The translations under genes were made by a program, and so were the position numbers. Positions 12,790-26,900 of a stretch of 64,000 nucleotides of DNA are shown here, in pieces; the stretch's first letter is position 1; every line of letters starts with the position of its first letter. The stretch lies in the NCBI GenBank assembly GCA_036172245.1, contig JAYWIR010000038.1, forward strand, positions 310,001-374,000, written 5' to 3'. The notes below the pieces were generated by a model. The model saw nothing but the letters and a program-made list of their open reading frames with translations. It made no database searches and was not told the DNA's origin. Origin of the DNA: Raillietiella orientalis (lineage: Eukaryota).

Positions 12790-13300
12790 AAAATAATATA
12801 AAAATTAATGATTATGATAGTGAATTTAATCGACTTGATGATCCCATCTGACATCGAGCTGTTTCTCGTGCACGGAGAGAAGACCATCGCAACGTGGTGG
12901 AAATGACGGGGTGAGACTCGGCGCATGCTGACCAAAGTCCGGGAAAGATGACGGGGCTGTCGTTCCCTCAGCGCGTGGACTCGCTTTGTTTTCGTTTGCA
13001 GACGGCATGGTCGTGACCCCCGGGACCTGTTCAGAGTACCTGCATGGTGGACGCCTTCCCATATGCAGTTTGCGAGCGAGTAGCACCGGCGGGGCCGTGC
13101 GCGCATCCACCACGCCTGTAGACGTTTTGTTCGGAGCGCCAGTTCGCGAAACCTTTGGATTATGGGATCCTCAGGCGGCGGCACCCATCGACTACCGGGA
13201 CGGAGCATCGTGTCACTAGGTGTCCTTTTTTTGTCCAGGGTCCTCTACCAGTGGCAGCAGTTTTTCTACATGAAGTGGCCGTGAAAGTGACTTTTCGACC
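12790..13300 (-). mobile_element. Possible decayed LINE 3' end
   Basis: Frameshifted CCHW...GHLVTRC (CCHC-like), then SLANCIWEG, a stop and an AT-rich tail. Weak. Confidence 0.25.
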
Positions 13301-14973
13301 CCGGGAGATTTTGCAGATTTCTTCCTTTAACGAAAATCCGAAGGCCTACCAGGAGGAATGTCAACGTCTCAACTTTTCCTCTGATACCTCGAAACACGAA
13401 TCTTTATTTATTTATTTGCTATTTTCAAGACGGTTCTTGATGGCTTTTCTCCTCCTCACTAAAATGCAACGACGCGAGAACTTCAGAGCTCAGCTCGTAT
13501 GCAGAGACCACTACAGAAACCTGGCTCAGCAAACACCGCACAGCCTGCTCACGTCCCCATGGCGCTACGAGGCATCCTCAGTGATTCAAGAGAGGGAGCA
13601 GTCTCGTGCAATGGTGGCGCAACGAAACCGAGCGGAAGCAGCCGCTCGGTGGATGGTCCCCACCACGGCTCTTGTTCGGACCCGGCTGCTCCCCCGACGC
13701 CTTTCTCTGCTGGCAGACCCAACATGCCAGGACAGACGCGCGCCGAATTGACGAAATTTTCCGGAGCGGAGAAAATCGGGTTGCCTTTGGTCCTCTTTAA
13801 GGAGGAACCTGTGTGCTCGGGGAGTTTCCATCCCCGGAAGGCCGACGGGCGGGCAGTGCAGGTCGCTTCCTGGCGGCCGGTCGCACCTCGAGAACACGCT
13901 GCCGTGTCTTTCAGAAGAGGTGCCCGAACCATTCCCGCAGAGCAGACCATTCTCGTCTGTGCACTTTTTTATTTTCTTGCTGAGGCATGGGAACGGTGTG
14001 TTCGGTGCACTACCGGTCGCGACGGCGCCGCGCCGCGTCTCATCGGGTTGAGGGGTGACATCCACGGAGAGTGCGGACTACGCGGTTCGCGCAACCAGGT
14101 CCCAACTCGCAGGAGGGCATTCCGTCTGCGTGGCGGCGAAATGCAAGTCGCTTCCTGTCCTGTGGGGGGTCCTTTGGGCTACCCAAACCCTCCTGCGAAG
14201 CGCAGAGAAGGGGAGAGACTTTTGTTCCGAGTGACCAGTGGCAGCAGCAGCAGCGGTCCTTCCGAGGAGGCGGCGGGTGGGTGGCAGTGCAGCGTCCCCG
14301 ATGCCTTCCACGCCACGCGTCTCTGCAAAGCCCCAAGCGCAACAAGATCGTATTTGTCCCCTTTCCTTGTTTTTCGTGCGGCCTATTCCTCCTCCTCCCT
14401 CTCTCCAGGATGTCATCCTGGAGCACTCCGGAGTGCTCCGTTTTCTTTTCCTTTCCCCCCTTCCTCCCTTCCGACAGCTGGGCTTGGCGAAAATCGCGAA
14501 CTGTCTGCTTGCGTTCCGCTCTTCGCGCGCGCCCGTCTTGCGCGGCACCTCGGCTAGAACGGGCTGCTGGCGTCGCGCGCCCTCTCGCTGCTGATCCAGC
14601 TCTCCCTCCTGCCAGAGAGAGCGAACGAGTCCCCTGTTAGCAGCAGAAGGAAGAGGCGCTCGGAACTTCCGCGCGACCGCCGCCCCGTGGCTCTGCCTGC
14701 AAAGCACAAGGCGCGCTGGTGGCCGCATTCTCTCTCTTTTTTTTCTGTTCCCCCCCCTTTTTTTTCTCTCTCTCTCTTCCTTCCCTCTCTCCTCCGGTTG
14801 GGGGGAGAGGGGAGGGGACTTTCGGCCTGCCTTTCTGCCCTTGCCGTTTTTCCAAGGTGGCTGCAGTTGCCGCGCGATTCGAGCCACGCAGCAGGGCGGA
14901 CTCCCCACCGGCAACGGCGGCTCCTCGTCCTGCTGTGGCGGCGGCGGCGGCGCGGGTCCTCCTGGATGGTGCA

Positions 14974-17900
14974 TCATATGCTGATGGCGTTGGGCACGAG
15001 GGCAGGATCCATCAGCTTGTATGGCACGCGGCGCGTCTTGTTCAGCGTCCTCACCCGCTGGCTCAGCTCGACCAGCGCCTTCCGGAAGAGGCGCAGGCAC
15101 TCGAGGGCAGGCGGATCGTACATGTACGGGAGCTCGAAGTATCCCAGGGGGAGGGTTCCCGAGTAGGACAGCAGCTTCGTGATGACCAGCGTGTTCAGCG
15201 TGATCTGCTTGTTGGGAAGCGCATCCAGGATGTCGGCCACCGTGCGCTCCCTCTGCGGGGCGACAGTGCGGTTCGCACGTGAGCTGGCGTGGGAGGCGTG
15301 CGTGCGCCTACCTTGTCTTTCGGCGGCTCGTGCATCAGCACGCCCGGGTAGTTGGGGAGGAACCCGTAGGCGTCGTACTGCCCGAAGTTGTTGGCGGCGT
15401 GGACGAAGCTGCACGTGGTGATGATGCACGTGACCAGGTCGGCGACCTCCTCCACCGTGGTGAAGGCCTGCCGCTCTTCGCCGGGCACGCCGCGCAAGCC
15501 GATGCCCCCTGCGTGCTTTGGAGCGACCAGTTCGTTGCGCCAGTTCTGGAGCTCGTAGTCTTCCGAGATCTTCTGGGGGTCGTCTGGGCGGGAGAGGCTT
15601 TCCAGGTCCCTGCCCCGCCTTCTCTCCCCGGTTACCGTAGTAGTGGCACACGATCTGTGTGACGTATTTCTGGATGGCCTCGTACAGGGGCAGGCCGTCG
15701 TCTCGATAAGGGTAGTAAGGCAAGACTTCCGAGTCCAGCAAACCCCTGGATTCGATTTCCTTGGGCAGGTGGCCGTGGACGTCCATCCGCCAGTTGTGGT
15801 GCAGCTGCTCTGCGATCAGCTGCCCCATGCCTTTGGCGCCGATGGTCGTGCACGTATCCGCCCACCCTCCGGCGCAGACCAGCTTCTCCAGGCCCCTCGA
15901 GTTGATGGCCATCAGGAAGAGAAAATGGGGGGCCAGCAGCTTGAACAGGGGGTGGGAGACGGACAGCTGGCGGTGGGCGGATATGACGATCCCCTCCATC
16001 ACGAGGTGCGTGTACCCTGATCACGAGGAGGGGAGTTGGCCTCGGAGGGACTTGCCGAGTGATGCTCACCCAAGTGTGTCACCGTCTGGTGGACCTGGGC
16101 GTCGCAGTTGTTGAACCACATCTTTGCCAGCTGCCACGTGTAATATGGATCGCTCGGCAGAAACACCTAAGACCCCCCGAGTAATCCCGAACAAGCCCAA
16201 GGATCCGTCTCCTTTACCGGATTTTCCGGGGAGGGGTCCTGGAACAGCTGTATGGCGACGGGCAGCAGGTCGCCCGTGTCGTTCAGGTAAAAGAGGGCCA
16301 TGGGGGAGCACAGCTGCCGGAGAGGGTTAAGTCCCGACCGTGACGCCGCAGGCATTCTCGTTTCGCGCGATCCGCGCATCCAAGGGACACATCGCGGCGG
16401 CGCTTCGCTCGGACGGGGTGCGCCGCCTACTCGGCGTTCATCCGGGAAGACCGCGGCCTCGCCCAAAAGAGGAGCGCCCGCCCCGCACCGATTCTGCACT
16501 GCCGCCCCACTGCGTCGGTGGCTCACCATTCGTTCGCAAGGACGCAGCGCCAGGGGCCAGGGAGGATGAATGGGGGGTGAAGCAGCCCGCCTTCGCTCTG
16601 GACGCATTCACTGGAGAGGGCAGAGACCGGGGTTCGTGGCCAGCAGCAGGAGCAGCAACGGACGCGCGCGACCTGCTGCTGCTGTTGCGTCGAGCGAGAG
16701 AGGCCGAACAGCTTCTCGCGGGGAGGGAGGGGTTGCGCTGCGCTTCTCCGCTCTACGCGCACTCGCTCGATGCACGCGCGTGAGGGGGACTTGCCGCGTG
16801 TTCTTCGCGGGCGAACGGCGCGAACGCTCTCGGCGGGCGGTTAGCGACTTCCGGTAGCCGCGGCCGCAGGTCGTTCGGGCGTCGCCGTGGTGTTGCAGGG
16901 GGGGAGGGTCTTTACCACGGTGTTCCTGATTCCAGGAGGCCTGTCTGTTTTGTTGTCGATGCCTTGCAGGCAGGAGTGATCGACTAGGAACAGCTTCTTC
17001 CGCCCCAGCGCCTCTTCCAGCGTCTTCCCTTCGAGAAAGGGCTCGACCGCGCCGGGTACCACGTCGAATCTGCGCAAGATAGCACTCATAGATCGGAGGA
17101 GGAGGTGGAGGGTCAGTGCTGAGGTTTCCGGTGTGCCGACCGAAGCAAAAGGGCGTATCCTGGCGGTGTTGTGTCTTCGAGGCGCGCGCTTTTCAGAAAA
17201 CTTCCGTTTGCTGCAAGGGAAGGGGAAAAGGGTATGTAGTTGAAGAAGAAAGAGGGCGTGCCCGAGGAGGGGAGAGGGCAACTGGGAGCAGGCCAAGCAA
17301 CTCTCAGCTGCTGCATCTCAAAGGAGTTCAGGATGGGCAGGGGTTCTTTTGCTTCTTTCCTTTTTTTATACTTGGTCGAGGCTTTCGCCCTCGTCCACCT
17401 TGGGAAGACAGGGGGGGGGGGGAGGGGGGAAGGAAGCGGCGATGGAGAGGTCGGGCGCCCAATTTTTGCTCTCTGCTTCCCGGTTGCCCGTTTTCGAGGG
17501 CAAGGAAAAGTGGGTGGTGGCAGCTGTCGCCTCGCGATTTGCCGGGCGTTGGTGGATGCCTCGTCACGTGGCTGGTCGGAGTGGTCGCTGGCTCCCGCCC
17601 TCCCCGCCTCTGTCTCAGGAGCGCCAATGACCGCAGCGCGCACTCTTGGAAACGGCGTAGCTCCGAGCGGTGGATGGGCGGAAGCACTCGATCGGGCGAA
17701 GGAGGCGATGCTGCTGTCGAAGAGGGGGGGGAGAAAGAAGCCGCCCTTGGCGGGAGGAGGTCCCTCGTCGATCGAGGGTTGACGCGTCTGCTGCCCAGGT
17801 GCGAGGGGTCTCCCTTGTTTTTGGAGTGGAGTGAGTGGGCAGCGCACTGCGAGCCTTGCCTATCCCCGTCCGCCCTCCCGCTCGGCAGCGGGGTCCCTGT

Positions 17901-20900
17901 CCCGCAAGAGCAGCGTCATCAGGAATCGCTCGTCTTTTAATTTCCCTCCTTTGAAGACGCATGCGCGCGTGTCGCCCAGGCATGCCAAACCACGCGAGGT
18001 GAGGAGGGAGAGGGAGGGAGGACCTCATCGGTTCCCGTCTGCGTCGAAACCCCGCGCTTCCAGTAGCAGCCATGACCGAGCATCGTCCTTGCTGCTTGGA
18101 CGCACCAGCGAGAGTGCAAGTCAACCGACGAAAGAGTGGGTGTGTCTCTCTCGAATTGTCGCTTCCAGTTTCCCCCTCCCCGCGCACGCGTGGCTTCCCG
18201 TTGCTGCTTTGCGTGCGCCGTGATCGTGGCACCCCTGCTGGTTCCGTGGCACAGCACGGCTTGCCCAGTTTCGATTTCGTGAGAGGGAAACAACGCCTTC
18301 TGGAGTGTCAGACAAGACGCAAACCCCCTTGGAGCGCAAGCAACCTCATTGCCGTCAGCGACGGTTTACTTCGGACAGCGCGCTTCGTCCCCAGGGGTTC
18401 CTCTCGAAACGGATCGCCATGGTTTCGAGCTGCCCGGCTTCCTCCCGTGGAATGCCCAAAGCAGTCGCCTCTCCGTGGCTGATGTCCCCGCTGCGGCCCC
18501 TGCCCGGACGGTTCCCAAAGTGCGCGCGAATTCCCGAGGGAGGGGCGAGATCCACGTGCCCTGCTCCGGGTGCAGGTGAACGGAAAAGGGATACCACCGA
18601 CTTGGTAGGAATGCTGGTGCACAGCCGAAGACACGTCGGGTGCACTCCTTGGAGCCTTTCCAGGCCGAACCACCGATCATCTTGCCAGTAATCGATGGAC
18701 TGAAACGTCATCGAAACGAAGGTGCACAGGGCAACGGGGGACGGCCGCTCGTATACCTTCGGTCTGCCCAGGCTGAGTTTGTACACCTCGGAGAACTGTT
18801 CCAGGTTGTTCCACTTGTCGGTGGTCCAGCCGATGAATTTGCATTTGGCGATGAGAGTCGCTCGTTCTCGGGAAAAGTCCAGCTGCCAACACGCCGTCTG
18901 CGTCGCAAAAGAGCTGCTGCTGTACCCACGATGGCTTACCAGGTAATCCATGGAGAATTTCTCGTCGTCAGGCAGGGACGCGATCTGAGCGGGGGAGTGA
19001 AAGCAGTGCTCAGAAGGCGAGTTCCACTCGGTATCAAGGGGGTGCGCGGCGAGGTCACATCGGCGGCATGCAAACGTGCCAACACGACACTCGCGGGCAA
19101 GTGAAGCGTCGTTACCCCGTCCAAAGAAACGGAAACGCCGCAAGAACCAATCCGGCGGGAGCGCCTCCGCTCTTTCCCAGCACTTTCATCGCTCTGGACC
19201 TCTCAGCAGGTTAGTCGCGGGACAACGAGGCGCTGCATGTACGACTGTTGCGCGACGCGCTGTTCTTGCTGTAAGGTTTCCAAGGAACCTGGCAAAGAGT
19301 ACGGCGGTTGGCGTGGCAATCCCTTCGTCTCCCAGTGTTACCACCCGGCGACAGCGAGCTCGCGGATTTTTCCCGTTTGAGCTCCGGGAATTCGCCCCGC
19401 GGAAAAGAAGCGCGCGGTTCGGAAGTACGTGGCGGTAGTTCGCCATCCCTGGTTCCGGCTCAACATCCGATGCGGCGCCTGTTTCCGGTTTGCAGACCTC
19501 TTTCCCCTCTACGTTCGTGGGGAGTGGAGAAACCAACGAAAACGCGCTGAAACCCCAAGAGCAGAAACCCCAAGAGCCAGCCAGACGAGGCTCCCGGCAC
19601 GGCAAAGACGCGTCCACGTGCTCACCAGGGTCTAGCTTTAGAGCAGGCAAGATTGCGCTTGGTTTGCACGTAAGTGGTGGCTCACAAACCCGCGGTCGTC
19701 ATGTGGACCGCTGATTGGGCTGCAAAGGAGTCGCGGAAATGGAACAAAATGGACAGGCCAAAGGTGACGGGTGGGAAGCTGCACAGCAGCCGAGGTTCGA
19801 AACTTTTGCCGCTCGCAGTTTGCGGATGCCTGCCTCCGACTCCTGGACTCTGATGGTCATTGCACTTGGGGCATTGCGGATCCGATGACGGAAGTTCTGC
19901 CTTTTTTTTTTTTTTCGGCCTGCAGTCGTGTCCAAGTGCACCCGCTCACTCTCCCCGTTCCACAAAAGCCTTCACCAGCCACGACGGTCGGTTTCGGCGC
20001 TAGACCTCCTCGCTTTGGTTCAGTGCATCCCAAGCTGTGGGTTTGCAGGTCAGTAGCGCCTGCCAGAAACCGGGTTCATGGAAAAATTCCCTTCCAGTCT
20101 GGCCGAGTCGTGCGCACGTTCTTCAGTTTTTCCGCGCGCTTTCCTTCCTTGCGGATCTTTCGGCTTTTGAGGGTTCTCCAAAGTCGGAGGTGCGTTCCAA
20201 GGTTTGGGTTTTTAGCATCCTGCCTGCCACCAGGCTCGCACGAACAAGCGGTTCGAGAAGACCCCCCCCCCCCCCCCCCAAAAAAAAAGAAAAAAGAAAA
20301 AAAAGAAGCTGGACAAGCAGGGAATTTTCCGAGGCAACTTCGGGATCAGCAACATCCGTGTTTTTCTTTTTTTTTTTTTGCTCTCATTCTTCGTGATGGT
20401 AAACATTTGATCCGCACGCAAACATCCCTCCTCGAACCGCTGCTGTCCAAGCTGGGGTTCTTCCGGGTAGCGATATAAATCTAATTAGCTGAGGAGGCGT
20501 GCAAGATGGTGGGAGGAATGTCGGGAAAAATTTCTCCCGAAAAGGATGAGCGGGGAGCAAAACTCTTCGGGACGGGGTTGTCTGCATCCGGTTTTCTTTT
20601 CTTTTCTTTCCTGCCTGGTCACTTCCGGTCCCTTATTATGTCATTTGCGTAGCTGAGAAATGGAACACAGCCTGCTTGTAAGTGGTCAGAGAGGCGGGAG
20701 CCAACAAGAGCTCCGTTCCTCCATCTGAACATCGCGTTCCCGCAGATCTTGAAGTGTCCCGAATCTTCCCGCAGGCACGTTCATCAACTTCCGATCGCAG
20801 TGTCCCTTCCTTCGTCGTCCTCGCGAGAGGTTGGACTCCCACCGCCTGCCTCCTCCGATTCGGTGACCTTCGTCACGTGCCTTTCATCCGTTGGGATGCC

Positions 20901-23900
20901 GAGGCAGTTCCCACTTGCAGTACTTTGGACAAACGGCATTGACGGTGGATATGTGGCACCGTCTTACATGGGTCGCTGTGGACCTTCACGGAGATCGATC
21001 GTGCTTCTCGGACGAATGGAATCACCACGAAGCTGTCCACGATTTGCGTTTGCGAACACCGTTGTGGGTGATGCCCGATGGATGGGTCAGAATCACGGCT
21101 GTTTTGATCCATAGAATTCGCCCTCTATATCAGAAGGGGGGGAAGAAGCTCTCCTCTCCCCCCTTAAAAAAAAAAAAAAGGGAAGGAAGGAAGGAAGAAA
21201 AGCGAGAACATTTTAAAGAATTGAGATAGTAAGTTGATGCACTGTGTGTGTTCGTCACAGTGGTCGTTCTTTCCTGCTTCCTTCGAAGCGTCCACTTTGC
21301 ACGTTTTTGTGCTCACGCACTGGCGTTCCTTTTTTTTTTGTTTTGTCGCTCGGAAACGGTGGGCGCCATTCTGCGATGACCCGAATCAGTCCAGCCTCCG
21401 TGGCTGGCTGCTGGAGCATTTCCGCAAGAGTGGTTACAGGTTTGGGGGATCTTTTGATTCCCTTAAAGGTTGATCTCGTCTCGAATAAAGCATTTCGCTC
21501 CAAGAACAGATGTTTCGGTTGCCTTTGGTAACCTATGCGCACGTGCGCAGCGAAAGAAATAAAAATGGACCAATTTATGAGAGAGGGAGAGAGGCTCTCT
21601 GTCTACTGGACTGGAATCATCAATGTCTTCACTTTTGAAATCATCATCTTTTCAGTCGGCATCATTGCCAAGCGTCCTCTGTCAGAAACGGCATGCGATG
21701 CAAACTGTACGCGTGGATGTACTGTTAGTATCGAATGGTCCAAGCATCTGATCCGCAGGTTACACGAAACGCTCTCCGCTGGGTTCTGGAAGACAACATT
21801 CCCATTACTGGTAGGTGCGAGCTATCATGTTGTCTCGTTCTTCCGGATGATGCATGACGAGTCACATGTACAGCCATCACGCTGCGCTGTCACTGTCTGC
21901 AGCAACGCCATCTTCGCTTGGCGAAGGGTCTGATGGGTCCATGATTTATCCTCCGTCCTGCATCAACGAATGCAAGCTGATGAACACACCTTCGACCACT
22001 CACTCCATGCGGATCCAAAACTCATGATAAAAAATAAAAACAGCCAAGTGGAAAGTTCGCATAGCAAAGATTCTTCCTTCCGTTTATCCCATTCTGCAAA
22101 ACTTTGCACAACTTGATGCAACCAGAAATCCTGTGCAGAGGACTCTCCTTGCTTTTATTGACAAAAAAAAGAGAAAAAACGGAATTGTTCTCGTTGGTCA
22201 GGATCCTCATCTGCTCAAAAGAACAAACTCTTCTCGCTTTCCCCAATCCAAGGGACGGAATGACCACCTACAGTTTCAAGACCGAACGTAACGTGCGGAG
22301 GACGTCCTCAAACTCTGCGATTCGTTTTCTGCCGGGGAGGAGGGGAAGTCGCGTAAGAAAGAACGGTTCGAGGGGACGAGACCGTGGCCGTGGAGGAAGC
22401 GAACGCTGCACCGCATCAGGACTCGGCCTGGGCCAGGGAGGAGGAGGACACATGGGTCCGACTAGGATAGGGCGACAACCCCCTTTCGTGATCAGTAGCG
22501 CGGATGCAGAGATGCAGGTAGGATTCTTCACCTCTCACACCCGCGGATCCCAAACTCTGGAATCCTCTGAGGAGCAGGGAAGGCTCGCAGGTAGTAGGGA
22601 GGAACTTTCGAGTTTTACCTTCGAAATGTTTTTGGCAGCAGTCTTCCGGGTGTGACTCGTTCCACTGATTGGCCCTCCCAAACTTTCCAAGCTGAATAAA
22701 GGTTCGCTTTCTTGCTCGGCCGCCACTTTGCAATGTGGTCGAGTAATTGAGAATGTTCTCGAAAGAAAAAAGGAAAAGGGCCGATTTTGCAAACTAGGGA
22801 AAACGAAAGATTCCTTCCGCGCTCGTCCGTGCCCATGCGTGAGACCCCTACCTGACCTGTCGAAGTCTCTGCCTTTGTCACGCGAGAAAGGAGGCCATTG
22901 ATCTGAAAGCCAGCGGCCACTACCTCGACCACCTTCCAGCCTTTGAAGGTTGGTTCAACGGAATTGCAAATCCGGAAGGCCACCGCGCCTCATCATGAAT
23001 TTTGGCAAGGTGCGCTCAGTCAGCTTGCCTTCTTCCGTGGAAAGTGATTCCGAAACACGAGGGTGCGTGAGCACCAACGCTCCTGTCATGTGGGGTGTCG
23101 ACGACTTCGCAGTGCTGGGAACCATGTGCACAGTTTGCAGTTCACATGCAGTGCATGTTCCATGCTTCATACGTTCGCTGGCATTTCAGTGATTCGGTTC
23201 ACCACTGGGTACTGGTAACCGTCGAGCACGGCAGCCCTTGATCCATTTTTCCCTTCGTCCGATCTCTTCGCTGTGGCCGGAAGCGATTCACCACGAGATG
23301 TATGTAGTGGCCCTCGCTTGTGTAGCAGTTTGACAACGAACACATCGCCCTGCTTCCATAGTATTCTGGATGTGCAAATTTGAGAAAGCAAAAGGCGAAA
23401 TGAAAGGTCAAGATCTCGCTGTTGATTAATAGGCTGTGAAACCAGTAGAGCCGTCGCTCGAGACTTCGTCGGCAGTCGTGATACAGCTCCATTTGTTTTA
23501 AACAAAAATAAAAATGAAAAAAGGCATGCCATATCTATCTATCTTTAAGTTTCTTCCATTTAGTAGGAAATTATAGAGGGATCTTCAGCATTGCAGAAAC
23601 AAAACTCTCATGATTCTTGTTGCTCCTTTTCGATGTGCTGCTGCTGTTGATACTCTTATTGAAAGAAATCTGTGGTGAGTATCATTCAGCTGTTGAAAGG
23701 CATCTGATTTTGTTAGGGTATTGTGTAGAGTACTCTTCCTACATTACAAAGGCTTTTTGCATATTTTTCTTGTATTCTTTCTCAAACGAAATGAATAAAG
23801 CTCAAATGTATTTCCAGTACCAACGATAACGCAGCAAGTGCTGCTGGCCTTTTGGCCCCCGCAACCACATTGCAATGAAAGTTTCGTTACGTATTAGCTT

Positions 23901-26900
23901 TTCCTGACCGTCGGGAGGAGGATGGGGTTTCCCGGGGAACACGGTTTGCATTGGACCGTACGAAAAGACAACGGAGAAAGGACGTCTCCGAAAGCAAACC
24001 GTCGAAACGAGAAGCAAGAAAGTTTCGTCGTGTTGGCTTGAAACTTTGGCCAGAGAAAGCAAACGTCTTTAACGTCCATCTAGTGAAGAGTCTTGATTGT
24101 CGAAACCGGATGGAACTTGCAAGTCACTGGGATGACTAAGACGCGAATAAAAGGGAAAGGTTCCCACGAAAGAAACACGTGTGGAACGATCAAGTTGTGG
24201 TGAAAAGAATGTTGAAAAGCCATAGAAAATATTTTTAAACATTATGACGCTCTCAGCGAAAGAGAAAGCCTTTGAAGTCTGCACAAATAAAGCTTTCCCC
24301 TTGGAGGTTGAGATGTCTTGGAGACTTCTGAGACCAAGGCTGAACTCTGCGATTGCCTTGTTAGCCGTTTCCCAGCTGTCTCCAAACGGTACACAACTCT
24401 AGATGAAGAAATCCTCTATCACATTCCACTTCGTTGCGAATTTCTTGATCCGCAATCTGAAGATCTGCTTTTGCATTTGAAATAGGATAACTGGGACAAA
24501 GAGTCACATCAAGCAATTGCTCGACAACGCCCATATCACAACTACAGCATCCAGCACGTCTTGCGACATTGCCACAATCTCTCTCTTATTCTTTTTTTCG
24601 TTCTTACTCTCCATCTTTCGAGAAGATAATTTTCAAAATGGCATCTCATGCCTTTTGGAAAAATGGGGTAATTGGCTCCCAAATTGCAATCTTTTCAAGC
24701 CGGAATTTTCGAAATGCTCGAGCATTTTTCTTGTATCAACCTCTGCCACGCAAAATTGGAAACTTTTCTTGCAACTGCATAAGGAGGAAGCGCTTCCGTA
24801 CTTATTTTTTTTAGGACCTCCTAATGAATGAAGTCCCTGATGAATCCAGAATGTCGTCTTAGGTGGTATCAAGATGACCTTAAATCACGAATCACTGTCT
24901 TCGAAAAGTTAACAGGATGGCTACTGATTGATTGCATCATTCAGAATTGCTCACACTTTTGCCTTTTGTCTTCCTTCTCGCTAACGTTCATCTCGAATAC
25001 TCTCATTTTAGGAACTTTCAATAACGAAACGTTGCTATTTCCTCTGGCTACGGGAGCAAACACAGTTTTCGAATATTCCCAGCGGCAACGGATTTTCAGA
25101 CTTTCCAATTTTATATGCATACACAAGATTTTCACTTAAATCGGGAAGCGTAGTGGCAACTCTATACTTTGTAGGACGATGGGAAACAGATTCGGGAAGA
25201 GTTTTGCTTGCGATGCCATTTACCATCACTATGCTCTCCCTGCCGGATGAATTCTCCAATTGCATCTGTGAATCTCCCAGCCAGGAGATTCTTCACGGAA
25301 GAATGCAAACGCTTGTTTTTCGTGGCGCTGCTCCTAATGCTGCCCTGTACGTTCCTCGCACTGTCCTTCCGGATTTCGTTCGAGGCATCTTCCTCCAGAA
25401 CGAAGATACAGGTTGACCCGTTCCCTTCTTAAGCATTTTGCAGTTGCAGGGAGACTTGGCTTGTTTGTTTGTTTTTCGCTTCTTTTTTCTTGGTTTTTCT
25501 TTCTTCATTTGAACCTCTCTCTTCGAAAGATGTGGCACGGATTCCAGAACATGGTCTTTGGAGTGACGTCACATTCTTCTGAGAAAGTGGCACCGAGCCC
25601 ACGTTTCCGTGAATGACAGAAATTCCATCCTTCCGACACAAGAGTGCTGCTGATCCTTCGTGATTTTTGAGCCAATTGATAGGTGTACACCGGATAGATG
25701 AAGTCCTTAGATCCACTCACTATGAGTGGGCTTTCTGTTCAAAAGCAAGGGAAGATTATACGTGGGGGGGAAGCGCGGCAAATCCAGGCACCGGGTCGTG
25801 CATCCAGAAACCGGATGGCCAAAGTTCCGGCGCGTGTTCCAGTCCGCAGCACTGCAGATCTGCGAATTTGGTGACGGATACCCGTCGGAATGATCACTGT
25901 AGCTGACCGGACAAACGTTCGCATGGAAACCACTGCCTGCAGTGTCCAACTGGAAAGAGCAGCTGAACGCGTACACAAAGATGTACTGTTGTCGCCCTGC
26001 ACACAAGCTGGTTTCTCTCACGAAGGCACGACCTTTTCTGCATGATGCAGAGACGGAATTGGTTTGTACATGAGGTCTGTTCCAGAAAACCTCCATCACG
26101 CTGTTCCGCTCAGACTTTCTACGCAACTGAAATTTCGCGGCAGCTTCCATCGGATCGTCGCGGATGTTCTCTGTGCTTTGAGAATCAGCTTCAGATTTTA
26201 CTCTTTTGACAACTTCCGTAACACGGATCGAGAGTCCATCCTGAGAAGAAGATTGACCGAGGAAGACCGTGAAGTTGCTTCTCGACTCAAAGCTGAGGAC
26301 TGCTCATCCACACCTGTCTCTTTCGTTTTGCCTGGGCTTTCCGGAAATGAAGAAGAGCTGACGGACTGCTGTTCGTTAAAATGAAATTCTCTGTTCAAAG
26401 TATTACGGCATTTTGATTTGCTTTTTTGTTTGTTTGTTTTTCAGAGGGAAAAAGAAAAACGCAGCAGTATCCTGTATGCATTCTGCTGGAGCTTCTTTTG
26501 GATTTCTAGCAACTCTATCTTGAAATTGATTTGCTTCTGGTCCCTGGTTTTAATCTCGAAGTACGTTATAATGATTGATGTTCTTATCATTCCCAGACCC
26601 TGCAAGCAGGTGCAGAGAGGGATGGAAGGGTCAACACAGTAAGGCATGAACGTCAGGGAGGTGCAGTTTGGCATCTGCAAACATTCACAATCCACTGGTG
26701 CTGAGCTTGCTGTTGAGATCAAAATGGCCAGATCTCGAGGTTTTCCAGCATGTCTTCCCGCTAACCAGGAAACTGCACTCTTGCCTTGTTGAATGCATCT
26801 CGACCAGCGCAGAAAGGCCAACTTTTTTTCCCCAACACTCTCTGGTCAAGTTCAGACAGGCTTCTCAATTGTCCTCCAGCATCCCCGTGCGGATTCCGCT

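Noticed and set aside
14974..16002. 342-aa ORF as a single-exon gene or frameshifted LOX pseudogene
   Set aside because: Two short GT..AG introns (15584-15635, 15253-15311) explain the out-of-frame middle; the spliced product is intact.
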